NCBI RefSeq assembly: GCF_009914755.1 | Contig: NC_060942.1 | DNA from: the human T2T-CHM13v2.0 reference genome, Homo sapiens | DNA: 64,000 bases | Strand: one strand, 5' to 3' | In this document: positions 34,641 to 52,026 of the stretch, piece by piece | How the letters are laid out: each line of letters begins with the position of its first letter | How positions within the stretch are numbered: position 1 is the first letter of the stretch | Position numbers and translations under genes: made by a program | Notes under the pieces: model-generated | The model's input: only the letters and a program-made list of their open reading frames with translations | What the model was told of the DNA's origin: nothing | The model's database searches: none

Positions 34641-36922
34641 TCAAAAAAAAAAAAAAAAAAGATAGCCATTGATGAAAATGCAAAACCAAGAGAGAAGGTC
34701 CCATGAATACATGTAGGTCGTTCGGAATTCACTTATTACCCGACAATCTGTACTGATCCCTCCTTTTGTATCATTGAAATTGAAAGAGCCAAACTATCAG
34801 TTCCCAAATCAGAATGCTACACTTTTGTTAACAGTGACATTCTGTTGTTAACAGTGACATTCTGCAAACGTTCATCTAAACGGTGTTGTCAGTTTTCAGG
34901 AGCTGCAAAACGAGGCACCCGATAATCCAGAAATGAAAGATTTCCCCTTAAGAGTGGTTAAAAAGTAAAACCCAGCCAGGAGTGGCGGCTCACACCTGTA
35001 GCCCCAGCACTTTGGGAGGCCAAGGCAGCAGGATTGCTTAAGCCCAGGAGTTTAAGACCAGCCTGGGAAACATAATGAGATCTCGTATCTACAAATAAGA
35101 AACAAATTAACCGCGTGTGGTGACATGCCCCTGTGGTCCGAGCTACTTGGAAGGCTGAGGTGGGAGGATCCCTTAAGCCCAGGAGGTTGAAGCTGCAGTG
35201 AGCCATGAATGCGCTACTGCACTCCAGCCTGGGCAACAAATTAAGATCCTGTCTCAGAAAAATAAATAAATAAGTTAAATTAAAAACAAGTACCCATGTA
35301 TGACACACCAAAGTTTATAACCATATGGTATGACCTAAAAGAGAGGAGAATGCTCCCAGATTAGGACTTGATAGTAACTATAAATGTTGTAACACAGTTA
35401 ACAAAAAAAGGGGATGCACAGAAAAAGGAGTGTCAAGGCACTGCTTTTCCTAATACAGTTCAAAGAAGGAACTTTTTTGTTGTTGTCGTCCAGGCTGCAG
35501 AGCAGTGATGCAATCACGGCTCACTGCAGCCTCAACCTCCTGGGCTCAAGTAATCCCCCTATCTCAGTCTCCCGAGTAGCTGGGGCCACAGGTGCATACC
35601 ATACCACCATGCCTGGCTAATTTTTTTTTTTTTTTTTTTTTGGTAGTTGGCTGAGTGTGATGGCTCACTCCTATAAACCCAGCACTTTGGGAGGGTTAAT
35701 ATCCTGTCTCTATTTATTTTTTAAATTAAATTTATTAAAAAATTTTTAAGAAGTTAAATTTTTTGTAGAGATGAGGGTCTTATCATGTTGCCCAGGCTGT
35801 TCTCAAACTCCTGGGCTCAAGCAGTCCTCCAGCCTCAGCCTCCCAAAGTGCTGGGATTACAAACGTGAGGCACCAAAGCCCAGACCCAAGGAAGGAACTT
35901 TTAACCATCTTCCTTATGTGGCAGTTATAGCCAATGGATTCTAGCATATGAGTTCAACAGCTAAGTCCATGGTCTATTTTAAGAAGGTTGTCTTAGGCCA
36001 CACTTTACTCTGATATAATCAACTACCTAACACCCATGTTGTGAGTCCAAGCCCTTTTTTTGTTTTTTCTTCTGAGACAGGGTCTCAGGCTAGAGTGCAG
36101 TGGCGCAATGGTGGCTCACTGCAACCTCCACCTTCCAGGCTAAAGAAATCCTCACCTCAGTCTCCGGAGTAGCTGGGACCACAGGCACGCACCACCATGC
36201 TGGGCTAATTTTTATGTTTTTTGTAGAGCCAGGATTTCACCAAGTTGCCCAAGCTGGTCTCAAACTCCTGCGCTGAAGCAATCCACCTGCCCCGGCCTCC
36301 CAAAGTGTTGAGATTATAGGCGTGAGCCACCACACCAGGCCTGAGTCCAAGCTCTTGACAAACCCCTTTGAGAATGAGCTAAACTCATTCAAGGATTCTA
36401 GATCCTGAGAAATAACAGCACTGTTAATTCATTAACAGAATGTTAATAAATTGGCATTCTAGCTTGAAGCTCCAGACTCATGAGTCAGCTCTGACAAATG
36501 AATCCATTCTTGGTGGTCTTGGAGTCAAATCTCAGGATCACACTCTGGATTGTGGTAAATTCACCAAAAGCCCTCTCAGGAGCCCCCTGGTCATGAGCTC
36601 ACTGTAACTGAGGAAAGGTAACTTTTATCTTTACAAGAATTGAAAACCCAGCAATCTGACTCAATGGAGAGAAAAATTCCAAGAAGCAATGCCATGTGGT
36701 AAGAAAGAAGAGACCTTTTTTCAAAATGTTAAAAAGTAAGTTTAGACTTTGATCATCTAACAATCTTAAAGTCACATATCTGTATGCATTCCTTACTTTC
36801 CCTTTTCTGAAAATTCTCTTTGGAACCTAGTGTTTGAAATTAAGTTCTTGGCAAGTCACACGAAAATTGACATAACTCATTAATAAATGCAGTCTCATTT
36901 TCCTAATGAGAAGAGACTCTAC

Positions 36923-37005
36923 CTTTAGACCTGTTTTAAATGGTTTCTCCTTGGTTCCATCTCCCGTGGCATCGCTTCCCTCTCGGTCAGAGACGTACAG
37001 CTCTG
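36923..37005 (-). CDS. NARS1: NARS1 exon 2 (83 nt)
   Basis: AELYVSDREGSDATGDGTKEKPFKTGLK; AG/GT boundaries. Confidence 0.95.
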
Positions 37006-37758
37006 CTGTTTGACAAAATGAGGGTAAGTTATGGTCTGGCCATTAACTATTAGTCACCTTACTACTTTATTCATTCCTTATCTTTGTAAACAGAACAAGC
37101 ATCGATTAATAAAAATTGAGGTCCATAAATAATTAATATCCTAGTTATTTCCCCACTCCATTTCAATAACATCCATCTCATAAAAACATTAGTTAATAAT
37201 CCAGGTTTTCAAAATGAACTCTGATCATTTTAATTTGTGATATTTATTCTATCTAATTGGGCACCCAAAAATAAAACATGGGCTTTGAAGTTGATCAGAC
37301 ATACGCTGGAATGTTGGATTTTGTACCTTAAAAGGCAGGGTGACTCTGGAGAATTTACTTAACCTTTCTGAGCTTATTTCTTTACCTATAAAATAGGAAA
37401 AACAATCCCCATCTTGAAAGGCTGTGCTGAGGATGAAATAAAATAACACATACAAATCAGATATCCCAGTGCCAGTTTTTGTAGAGATGGCAAATAAACA
37501 CCAGCTCCCTCTGGACTTTAAAGGAAACAGAAGCTCTGAGGTTAGAAAATTTCAGAAGGCCTCACAACTAGTAGGTCTGAACAGTTAACATCCATCCAGG
37601 TCTCTCTCTTTTTTTTTTTTTTTTTCCTACTGCACAGTATGGTCTCCCCGGAAACCTCAATAAAAAAATGAGGGTGGGAGAAAAACAACTAGAATCCTAA
37701 AGCCCCTTCCTGACGATCACTTTGAAGAACTGCAGGAGTAGGGGCTACCCTGTGTCTG

Positions 37759-37956
37759 AACCCGTCCCAGCGCCTGAGTCTCAGCGCAATCGGGAGGTTT
37801 CGCAGCGGGGCAGGGGAAGGGCCCGGAGCCACCGCCATCGCAGCCCGGGGGAACGACGGACTCGGGGAAGCCCGGCCTGGCCCTTCAAGTCCCGGGCCCA
37901 GCAAAGGCCAGGACCCTCCCTCCCTCCCTCCCTGCAATCGGTCCCCAAACATTCGC
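37759..37956. repeat. Inverted repeat arm 1 (donor, NARS1 intron 1)
   Basis: Reverse complement aligns by eye to 39131-39319 with about 8 substitutions and a few short indels. Confidence 0.95.
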
Positions 37957-38061
37957 GGGGCGCCCACTCTGGTAGGCACTAAGGAAAGCGCCGAAACCCG
38001 GCTGGAGCAGAGTTCCTGCCCCAGGCAGGGAACACCGCGCCATACACTGAGTCTCACCCAC

Positions 38062-38071
38062 CTAGCACCAT
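38062..38071 (-). CDS. NARS1: Cytoplasmic asparaginyl-tRNA synthetase exon 1, coding part (10 nt)
   Basis: ATG GTG CTA G then donor GTGGGT, inside a CpG island; joins exon 2 to give MVLAELYVSD. Confidence 0.93.
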
Positions 38072-38434
38072 GCCTGCAGTGGCCCTGGTCACCTCCAAGG
38101 ACACAGACTGCAACACCGACGCCGTCTTATGACTCCAACGTGCACCGGCGGTTTCCGCGATTCCGGCGTTGCATCAGAGAGCGTAGATCTGAGGGCGCCT
38201 GCGAGAATCGGCCGAGCGCCGCGGTTCCATTGGTTACGAGAGGTGGGCGAGCGGCGCCGGGGCCGCCATCTTTGGTGAGGGCAGAGGCAACTTCCGGATC
38301 CAGAGACGCCCCGCCCCACGCGTTTGTGCAGCTCGGAAGGCGCTGCCTGTCCCGGAGCTCCGCGGCCCTGGAGACCCTGGCACAGTGTCACTTTTGCACC
38401 CTTCCTTCCCCGCCTCCCCAACTTTCCTTTCTGA

Positions 38435-38921
<487 letters not shown>

Positions 38922-39029
38922 TTAACTTTCTAAACTCCGTGAGCCAGCGTCCCTCGGTGTTCAGGAGAGGAGCTATGGTATATGTTCATTTAAAATTGTA
39001 AGGATTACCGTTAGGAAGGCCATAATAAT

Positions 39030-39420
39030 GTGGTGGAAAGAACGAGGGCTTCGGAATACAAACCTGGGTTCTGCCTTTTACTAACCGTGTGTCTTCAGAT
39101 AAATTACCTAAACTGAATGAGCTTCATTCAGCGAGTTGGGACCGATTGCAGGGAGGGAGGGAGGGTCCTGGCCCTTGCTGGGCCCGGGACTTGAAGGGCC
39201 AGGCCGGGCTTCCCCGAGTCCGTTGTTCCCCGGGCTGCGATGGCGGTGGCTCCGGGCCCTGCCCCTGCCCCGCTGCGAAACATCCCGATTGCGCCGAGAG
39301 TCAGGCGCTGAGAGGGGTTTATCTGTGTCTTCAGATAAATTACCTAATCTGAATGAGCTTCAGTTTTTCTATTTGTGAAAGATGATATAAATTCACTGCC
39401 CGGGCATGTAAGAGGTGCTA
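39030..39420. mobile_element. MIR SINE split by the 197-bp templated insertion
   Basis: MIR core-like text (aaacctgggtt...ttactaaccgtgtgtcttcagataaattacctaa...gagcttcagtttttctatttgtgaaa) becomes continuous once the insertion and one duplicate are removed. Confidence 0.65.
39131..39319. repeat. Inverted repeat arm 2 (inserted copy), flanked by 39-bp direct repeats at 39088-39126 and 39324-39362
   Basis: Direct sequence comparison. The ORF track also shows GREGGSWPLLGPGLEGPGRASPSP on opposite strands at the two loci. Confidence 0.95.
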
Positions 39421-40073
39421 ATAAAGGGTCTGTCATCATTTTCAACTTTTTTTTACTTTTTTGGTGGGCTTTTTTTTTTTTTGGAGACTGGGTCTTCTCT
39501 GTTGCTCAGGCTGGAGTGCAGTGGTGCTATCATAGCTCACGGCAGCCTCGAACTCCTGGGCTCAAGTGAGCCTCCCACTTAAGCCTCCCAAGTAGCTGGG
39601 ACTATAGGTGCACGCCACCACGCCTGGCTTATTTTATTTTTATTTTTGTGGAGATGGGGGAGGGGTCTCCCTGTGTCGCCCAGGCTGGTCTCCAACTTCT
39701 GGGATCAAGTGATCCTCCTGCCTCAGCCTCCCAAAGTGCTGGTCTTACAGGCGTGAGCTACCACGCCCAGCCCATTCTCAATTTAGTGGAATACCAGAGT
39801 TTGTCCCTGAAGCAAAAGAAAACCTTTTTTTTTATGAGAGGTCCTCAAAAAAATAACTCTATATATAGGTTCAGGGCCCATCAAGAATATGAACCAAGTC
39901 CGGGCACAGTGGCTCATGATTGTTATCAATCCCAGCACCTTGGGAGGTTGAGGCGGGTGGATCACTTGAGGTCAGGAGTTGGAGACCAGTCTGGCCAACA
40001 TGGTGAAACCCCGTGTCTACTCAAAATACAAAAATTAGCCGGGCGTGTTGGCACGCGCCAGTAATCCCGGTTA

Positions 40074-44170
<4,097 letters not shown>

Positions 44171-44171
44171 C

Positions 44172-44639
44172 TGTGAACCCAGAAAATCAGAGACAGGTCT
44201 CAGTTAATTTAGAAAGTTTATTTTGCCAAGATTGAGGATGCATCCATGACACCGCCTCAGGAAGTCCTGACGACATGTGCCCAAGGTAGTCGGGCACAGC
44301 TTGCTTGTATACATTTTAGGGAGACACGAGACATCAATCAGTAGAAGAATTACATTGGTTAGGTCTGGGAAGGCAGGACAATTTGAAGCAAAGGCAGGAA
44401 GACTTGAAGCAGGGAGGGGGTTTCCAGGTCACAGATAAGTGAGACACAAATGGTTGCATTCTTTTGAGTTTCTGATTAGGCTTTCCAAAGGAGGCAAATA
44501 AGATGTGCATCTCTCTCAGTGAGCAGAGGGATAACTTTGAATAGAATGAGAGGCAGGTTTGTCTTAAGCAGTTTCCAGCTTGAGTTTTCCTTCGTAAAAA
44601 GGAAAATATTTTGGGGGTCCAAGATATTTTCCTTTCACA
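44172..44639 (-). mobile_element. MER4-family (ERV1) solo LTR
   Basis: Minus strand starts TGTGAAAGGAAAATATCTTGGACCCCCAAAAT; near-TSD cttc/ctcc. Confidence 0.75.
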
Positions 44640-44797
44640 CTCCCTTCTCCCATACAGAAGGAATATACTTCCCTGCTTCATTTCTGCTGGGCTTAGCCAT
44701 GTGCATTTACTTTGGCCATAGGATATTGGCAGGTGTGATGCAAGCAAAGGTTTACAATGTGTTTGTGCAGTTGGACTTGTGTTCTTGCTTCTGCCAT

Positions 44798-45945
<1,148 letters not shown>

Positions 45946-46419
45946 ACCACCATGAGAAGAACACGCCCTGACTGACCCACTGGTCCAGGGAAGCTGAGAC
46001 ATGGAGAAGACAGGGACCCAATCTTCAGCTTGGAGACACGTCCAGCTGAACTCAGCCCACATCAGTGACCTGCAGATGCATAAGTGAGAATAAACGATTG
46101 TTGGGTTACGCCTCTGAGTTTGGGAGGCATTTTGTTACACCTCTTTAGTGTGGCAATAGTAGACTAATAATACATGCTCTATTATGCAGAAGTGTGTGGC
46201 TTAAAATAATAGTTGAATGACCAGGTGCGGTGGCTCAGGCCTGTAATCTCAACATTTTGGGAGGCCATGGTGGGAGGATCACATGAGGCCAGGAGTTCAA
46301 GACCAGCCCGGGCAACATAGTGGGACCCCCGTCTCCATAAAATTTTTAAAAAATTAGCCTGGCGTGGTGGGCGCACGCCTGTAGTCCCAGCTACTCGGGA
46401 CGGCCAGAATGAACGGCAT

Positions 46420-46960
46420 TGTTCGTCTGTCTCTTCATTCTGATTCTGGCCAGCAAGGGGTGGCCTCCCCCTGCGGTCCTTGCTGTTAGGTCCCTGCGCC
46501 CCCTCAGCTTTGCGCTGAAGGTCGCTTTACCGGACCCCACTTCGCTCTACCAGGCGCAGGATGAGCGTCTCTGTTCTTTTAATGTGGCGTCCCCCACAGG
46601 CCACCGTACCAGGCCGCCGGTCCGGGGTTAGGGCACTTGACGCCGGCGCCGCCATGTTGTCTCCGGGCCACTTCCGCGTTTCTGGCGCGTGGTCTTGCAT
46701 TTCCTACTTGGTCCTGTTCGTGGCGCCGCGCCTCCGGGTGTTGGGGAGTCCGGGATGATGGGGAATCCGGGGCTCGCCCTAGTCGCGGGGACACCGCCTT
46801 CCAGGAGCTGTCCCCAGGCAAACTCACAGACATCTTCAAAGAGGCTTCTTGGACATTCTGCTTTTTGCTCCTCATAACAGGCTTCGGTAAGAGAACAGGC
46901 AAACATCACTGCGGGCGCCTCTAGGGCTCGTTTCCCTGTCCCAGTACCGGGAATCGGGGA
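46420..46960 (+). promoter_or_regulatory. CpG-island promoter with no recognisable protein-coding gene (YY1 and ETS motifs)
   Basis: Non-repeat CpG-rich island; cgccgccatgttg at ~46647-46659 and cacttccgcg at ~46669-46678. Confidence 0.8.
46650..46886 (+). ncRNA. Probable first exon of a plus-strand lncRNA running antisense towards ATP8B1 (I recall an ATP8B1-AS1 annotation in this interval)
   Basis: Strong donor TCG|GTAAGA at 46887 at the edge of the island. Identity is from recalled gene order and not verifiable here; start coordinate approximate. Confidence 0.55.
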
Positions 46961-48426
46961 GGGGTCCAAGCAGAGTTCACTTAGTTAACAAATCAGTGAA
47001 GCAGTTGGAAAATCTCAGTTATATTTTAAATGAGATCGAGGGCGGTGACTCACGCCTGTAATCTCAGCACTTTGGGAGGCCGAAGCGGAGGTGGAGGGTC
47101 GCTTGAGGCCAGGAGTTCGAGACCAGCCTGGGCAACGTGGTGAGCCACCCCCGCCCCCGCCCCTCTATAAAAAATACAAGAATTAGCCGGGCTTATTGGC
47201 ATGGGATTGTGGTCCCAGCTACTTAGGAGGCTGAGGTGGGAGGTCGCTTGAGCCATGGAGGTCGAGGCTGCACTGAGCTGTGATCACGCCACTGCACTCC
47301 AGCCTGAGGCTACGGAGAGAGACCCTGTCTCTAATTAATAAATAAATTATAGATAGATGATAGATAGATGCAATAAAAAATAAAATTGGCTTGTAAACGG
47401 CAAACTAAAAGTGGAAATTATCATTACAATGAAAATATTAATTTGAGGAACCGAAAACTTAACTTTCCTTTTCCTGTAGTTAAGTTTAAGCACTTAGATT
47501 TGCTTCAGTGATTCCCAGGCTTCATGATTGCAAGCTGCTTGCTTGTAAGCACCTTGTCTCTCACTAAAAAAAATTACAGTTATTTTAAAGTCCCGCTGGA
47601 TGCTCATTCTTTAAGGAGGGTGAACAATGGTAACTCCTGTACCGTTAGAGCTCTGAATGAAGCCAGATACGTTCCATAGATCACAGAACTCATTTTCTGG
47701 CTTGGTGAGCCTGGTCAAGTTTCTTAACCTTTCTGAGCCACAGATGTTTCAATTATAAAGTGATAATAACCCTTCACTGGGAAGGTTATTGTGAGGATAA
47801 TATGAGATCAGCTATACCAAAATATGCCTAACATGTACTTGACATCCAGTAAGCTTTCTGAATTAGGATATAAATGGCATTAATGGTTAATCATTGTTAT
47901 TCTTTTGTTCCATGATATGCATGAATAACAACTTGAAGCCTTCAAACTGCTGAGAGCTGCTTGGTGGACCTCGTCTCTCAATTTGCCCTTCCCACTAAAC
48001 CCGTCTTCCCCCAACAGTGGGTTTTCTGGTCAGCATTTCAGAATGTCTCAAACCGTAGGTCCTTCCCACAGCCCCAAATCTCAGCAAATGACCAGTCTCT
48101 TGCTTCAAGCTATTAAATGGATGCTGTCTGACAGCCCTCCCTTGAAACCTGCAAACTCTCGTGCTTTGGCATCCATCCTTTCCCTCTAGTGCAATGCAAG
48201 TCACATCCTCCCTCTGGCTAACCTCTCCACCCATCTTCTGGATTCCCCACACCTCTCCAATCTAATCTTCACACTCCAGCCAGGGCGAACACTTACAAAT
48301 ATAAACACAGTCATTTCATTCTCTATCTAGCAACTTTCCATGGACTTCCTTTTGCTCTCAGGGTTCACCTCAACATCCTTACAGGCTTTCCAGGCTGTGT
48401 ATGCTCTGGCTTACCACTGCTTCTTA

Positions 48427-48431
<5 letters not shown>

Positions 48432-48473
<42 letters not shown>

Positions 48474-50730
48474 TTGATCATTCTTGGGTGTTTCTCGCAG
48501 AGGGGGATTTGGCAGGGTCACAGGACAATAGTGGAGGGAAGGTCAGCAGATAAACAAGTGAACAAAGGTCTCTGGTTTTCCTAGGCAGAGGACCCTGCGG
48601 CCTTCCGCAGTGTTTGTGTCCCTGGGTACTTGAGGTTAGGGAGTGGTGATGACTCTTAACGAGCATGCTGCCTTCAAGCGTCTGTTTAACAAAGCACATC
48701 TTGCACCGCCCTTAATCCATTTAACCCTGAGTGGACACAGCACATGTTTCAGGAGAGCACAGGGTTGGGGGTAAGGTCACAGATCAACAGGATCCCAAGG
48801 CAGAAGAATTTTTCTTAGTACAGAACAAAATGAAAAGTCTCCCATGTCTACCTCTTTCTACACAGACACGGCAACCATCCGATTTCTCAATCTTTTCCCC
48901 ACCTTTCCCCCCTTTCTATTCCACAAAACCGCCATTGTCATCATGGCCCGTTCTCAATGAGCTGTTGGGTACACCTCCCAGACGGGGTGGTGGCCGGGCA
49001 GAGGGGCTCCTCACTTCCCATAGGGGCGGCCGGGCAGAGGCGCCCCTCACCTCCCAGACAGGGCGGCTGGCCGGGCGGAGGGCTGACCCCCCCACCTCCC
49101 TCCCGGACGGGGCGGCTGGCCGGGCAGAGGGGCTCCTCACTTCCCAGTAGGGGCGGCTGGGCAGAGGCGCCCCTCACCTCCCGGACGGGGTGGCTGGCCG
49201 GGCAGGGGGCTGACCCCCCCACCTCTCTCCCGGACGGGGCGGCTGGCCGGGCGGGGGGCTGACCCCCCCACCTCCCTCCCGGACGGGGCGGCTGGCCGGG
49301 CAGAGGAGCTTCTCACTTTCCAGTAGGGGCGGCCGGGCAGAGGCGCCCCTCACCTCCCGGATGGGGTGGCTGGCCGGGCAGGGGGCTGACCCCCCCACCT
49401 CTCTCCCGGACGGGGCGGCTGGCCGGGCGGGGGGCTGACCCCCCCACCTCCCTCCCGGACGGGGCGGCTGGCCGGGCAGGGGGCTGACCCCCCCACCTCC
49501 CTCCCGGAGGGGGCGGCTGGCCGGGCAGAGGGGCTCCTCACTTCCCAGTAGGGGTGGCCGGGCAGAGGCGCCCCTCACCTCCCGGATGGGGCGGCTGGCT
49601 GGGCGGGGGGCTGACCCCCCCACCTCCTTCCCGGATGGGGCGGCTGGCTGGGCGGGGGGCTGACCCCCCCACCTCCCTCCCAGACAGGGCGGCTGGCCAG
49701 GCGGGGGGCTGACCCCCCACACCTCCCTCCTGGACGGGGCGGCTGGCCGGGCAGAGGGGCTCCTCACTTTCCAGTAGGGGCGGCCGGGCAGAGGCGCCCC
49801 TCACCTCCCGGACGGGGCGGCTGGCCGGGCGGGGGGCTGACCCCCCCACCTCCCTCCTGGACGGGGTGGCTGCCGGGCGGAGACGCTCCTCACTTCCCAG
49901 ACGGGGTGGCTGCCGGGCGGAGGGGCTCCTCACTTCCCAGACGGGGTGGCTGCCCGGCGGAGGGGCTCCTCACTTCTCAGACGGGGCAGCTGCTGGGCAG
50001 AGGGGCTCCTCACTTCTCAGACAGGGCGGTTGCCAGGCAGAGGGTCTCCTCACTTCTCAGACGGGGCGGCCGGGCAGAGATGCTCCTCACATCCCGGACG
50101 GGGCAACAGGGCAGAGGCGCTCCCCACATCTCAGACGATGGGCGGCCGGGCAGAGACGCTCCTCACTTCCTAGATGGGATGGCAGCCGGGCAGAGACGCT
50201 CCTCACTTTCCAGACTGGGCAGCCAGGCAGAGGGGCTCCTCACATCCCAGACGATGGGCGGCCAGGCAGAGACGCTCCTCACTTCCCAGACGGGGTGGCG
50301 GCCGGGCAGAGGCTGCAATCTCGGCACTTTGGGAGGCCAAGGCAGGCTGCTGGGAGGTGGAGGTTGTAGCGAGCCGAGATCACGCCACTGCACTCCAGCC
50401 TGGGCACCATTGAGCACTGAGTGAAGGAGACTCCGTCTGCAATCCCGGCACCTCGGGAGGCCGAGGCTGGCGGATCACTCGCGGTCAGGAGCTGGAGACC
50501 AGCCCGGCCAACACAGCGAAACCCCGTCTCCACCCAAAAAATACGAAAACCAGTCAGGCGTGGCGGCGCGCGCCTGCAATTGCAGGCACTCGGCAGGCTG
50601 AGGCAGGAGAATCAGGCAGGGAGGTTGCAGTGAGCCGAGATGGCAGCAGTACAGTCCAGCTTCGGCTCGGCATCAGAGGGAGACCGTGGAAAGAGGGGAG
50701 AGGGAGAGAGAGGGAGAGGGAGAGGGAGAG
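48432..50730 (-). mobile_element. Full-length SVA retrotransposon (~2.3 kb; subfamily not assigned, D-like)
   Basis: From the right: hexamer repeat ~50692-50730, Alu-like region ~50310-50690, GC-rich VNTR ~48980-50310, SINE-R ~48476-48960 and poly(A). TSD ctgcttcttattttt at 48417-48431 and 50731-50745. Confidence 0.96.
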
Positions 50731-50781
50731 CTGCTTCTTATTTTTATTTATTTTATTTATTTATTATTATTATTTTTTTGA

Positions 50782-50940
<159 letters not shown>

Positions 50941-51536
50941 TAGTAGAGACGGGGCTTCTCCATGTTGGTCAGGCTGGTCTTGAACTCTCGACCTCAGGTG
51001 ATCCGCCTGCCTCGGCTTCCCAAAGTGCTGGGATTACAGGCGTGAACCACCATGCCCGACTATTTTTTATTTGTTCTTTTGAGACAGGGGTGATCCTCCC
51101 ACCTCAGCCTCAAAAGTAGCTGGGACTACAGGCACACACCATCACACCTGGCTAATTTTTTTTTTTTTTTTTTTGTAGAGACGGGGTTTGGGGGTTTTGC
51201 CTTGTTGCCCAGGTTGGTCTCGAACTCCTGGGCTCAAGGGATATGCCCACCTTAACCTCTCAAAGTGTTAGGATTACAGGTGTGAGCCACTGCGCCCAGC
51301 CCTATTGCTTTTTAAAGGTACAATTAACTTTAGCCCAGGCTAGCTTTTTCACTGAATTGATCTGGGTACGATGTGGGGTTTGGGATAGCTGTTCAGAAAG
51401 GTGAAGACAGAGTCAAAGAGAGAAAAACATTTTCTCTATAGAGGTGGGGAAACTTTCAGAGAGAATTAATTGTGTCCTCTAAAAGCAATGAAGTCCGCTT
51501 GGTTAGTTTGAAGAACGATCATGTATCAGTTTATAG

Positions 51537-52026
<490 letters not shown>

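Noticed and set aside
35506-35514. TGATGCAAT (ATF4-type element) in NARS1 intron 2
   Set aside because: Lies within an Alu, where CpG decay of ggcgcgat-type sequence readily creates it; no independent support.
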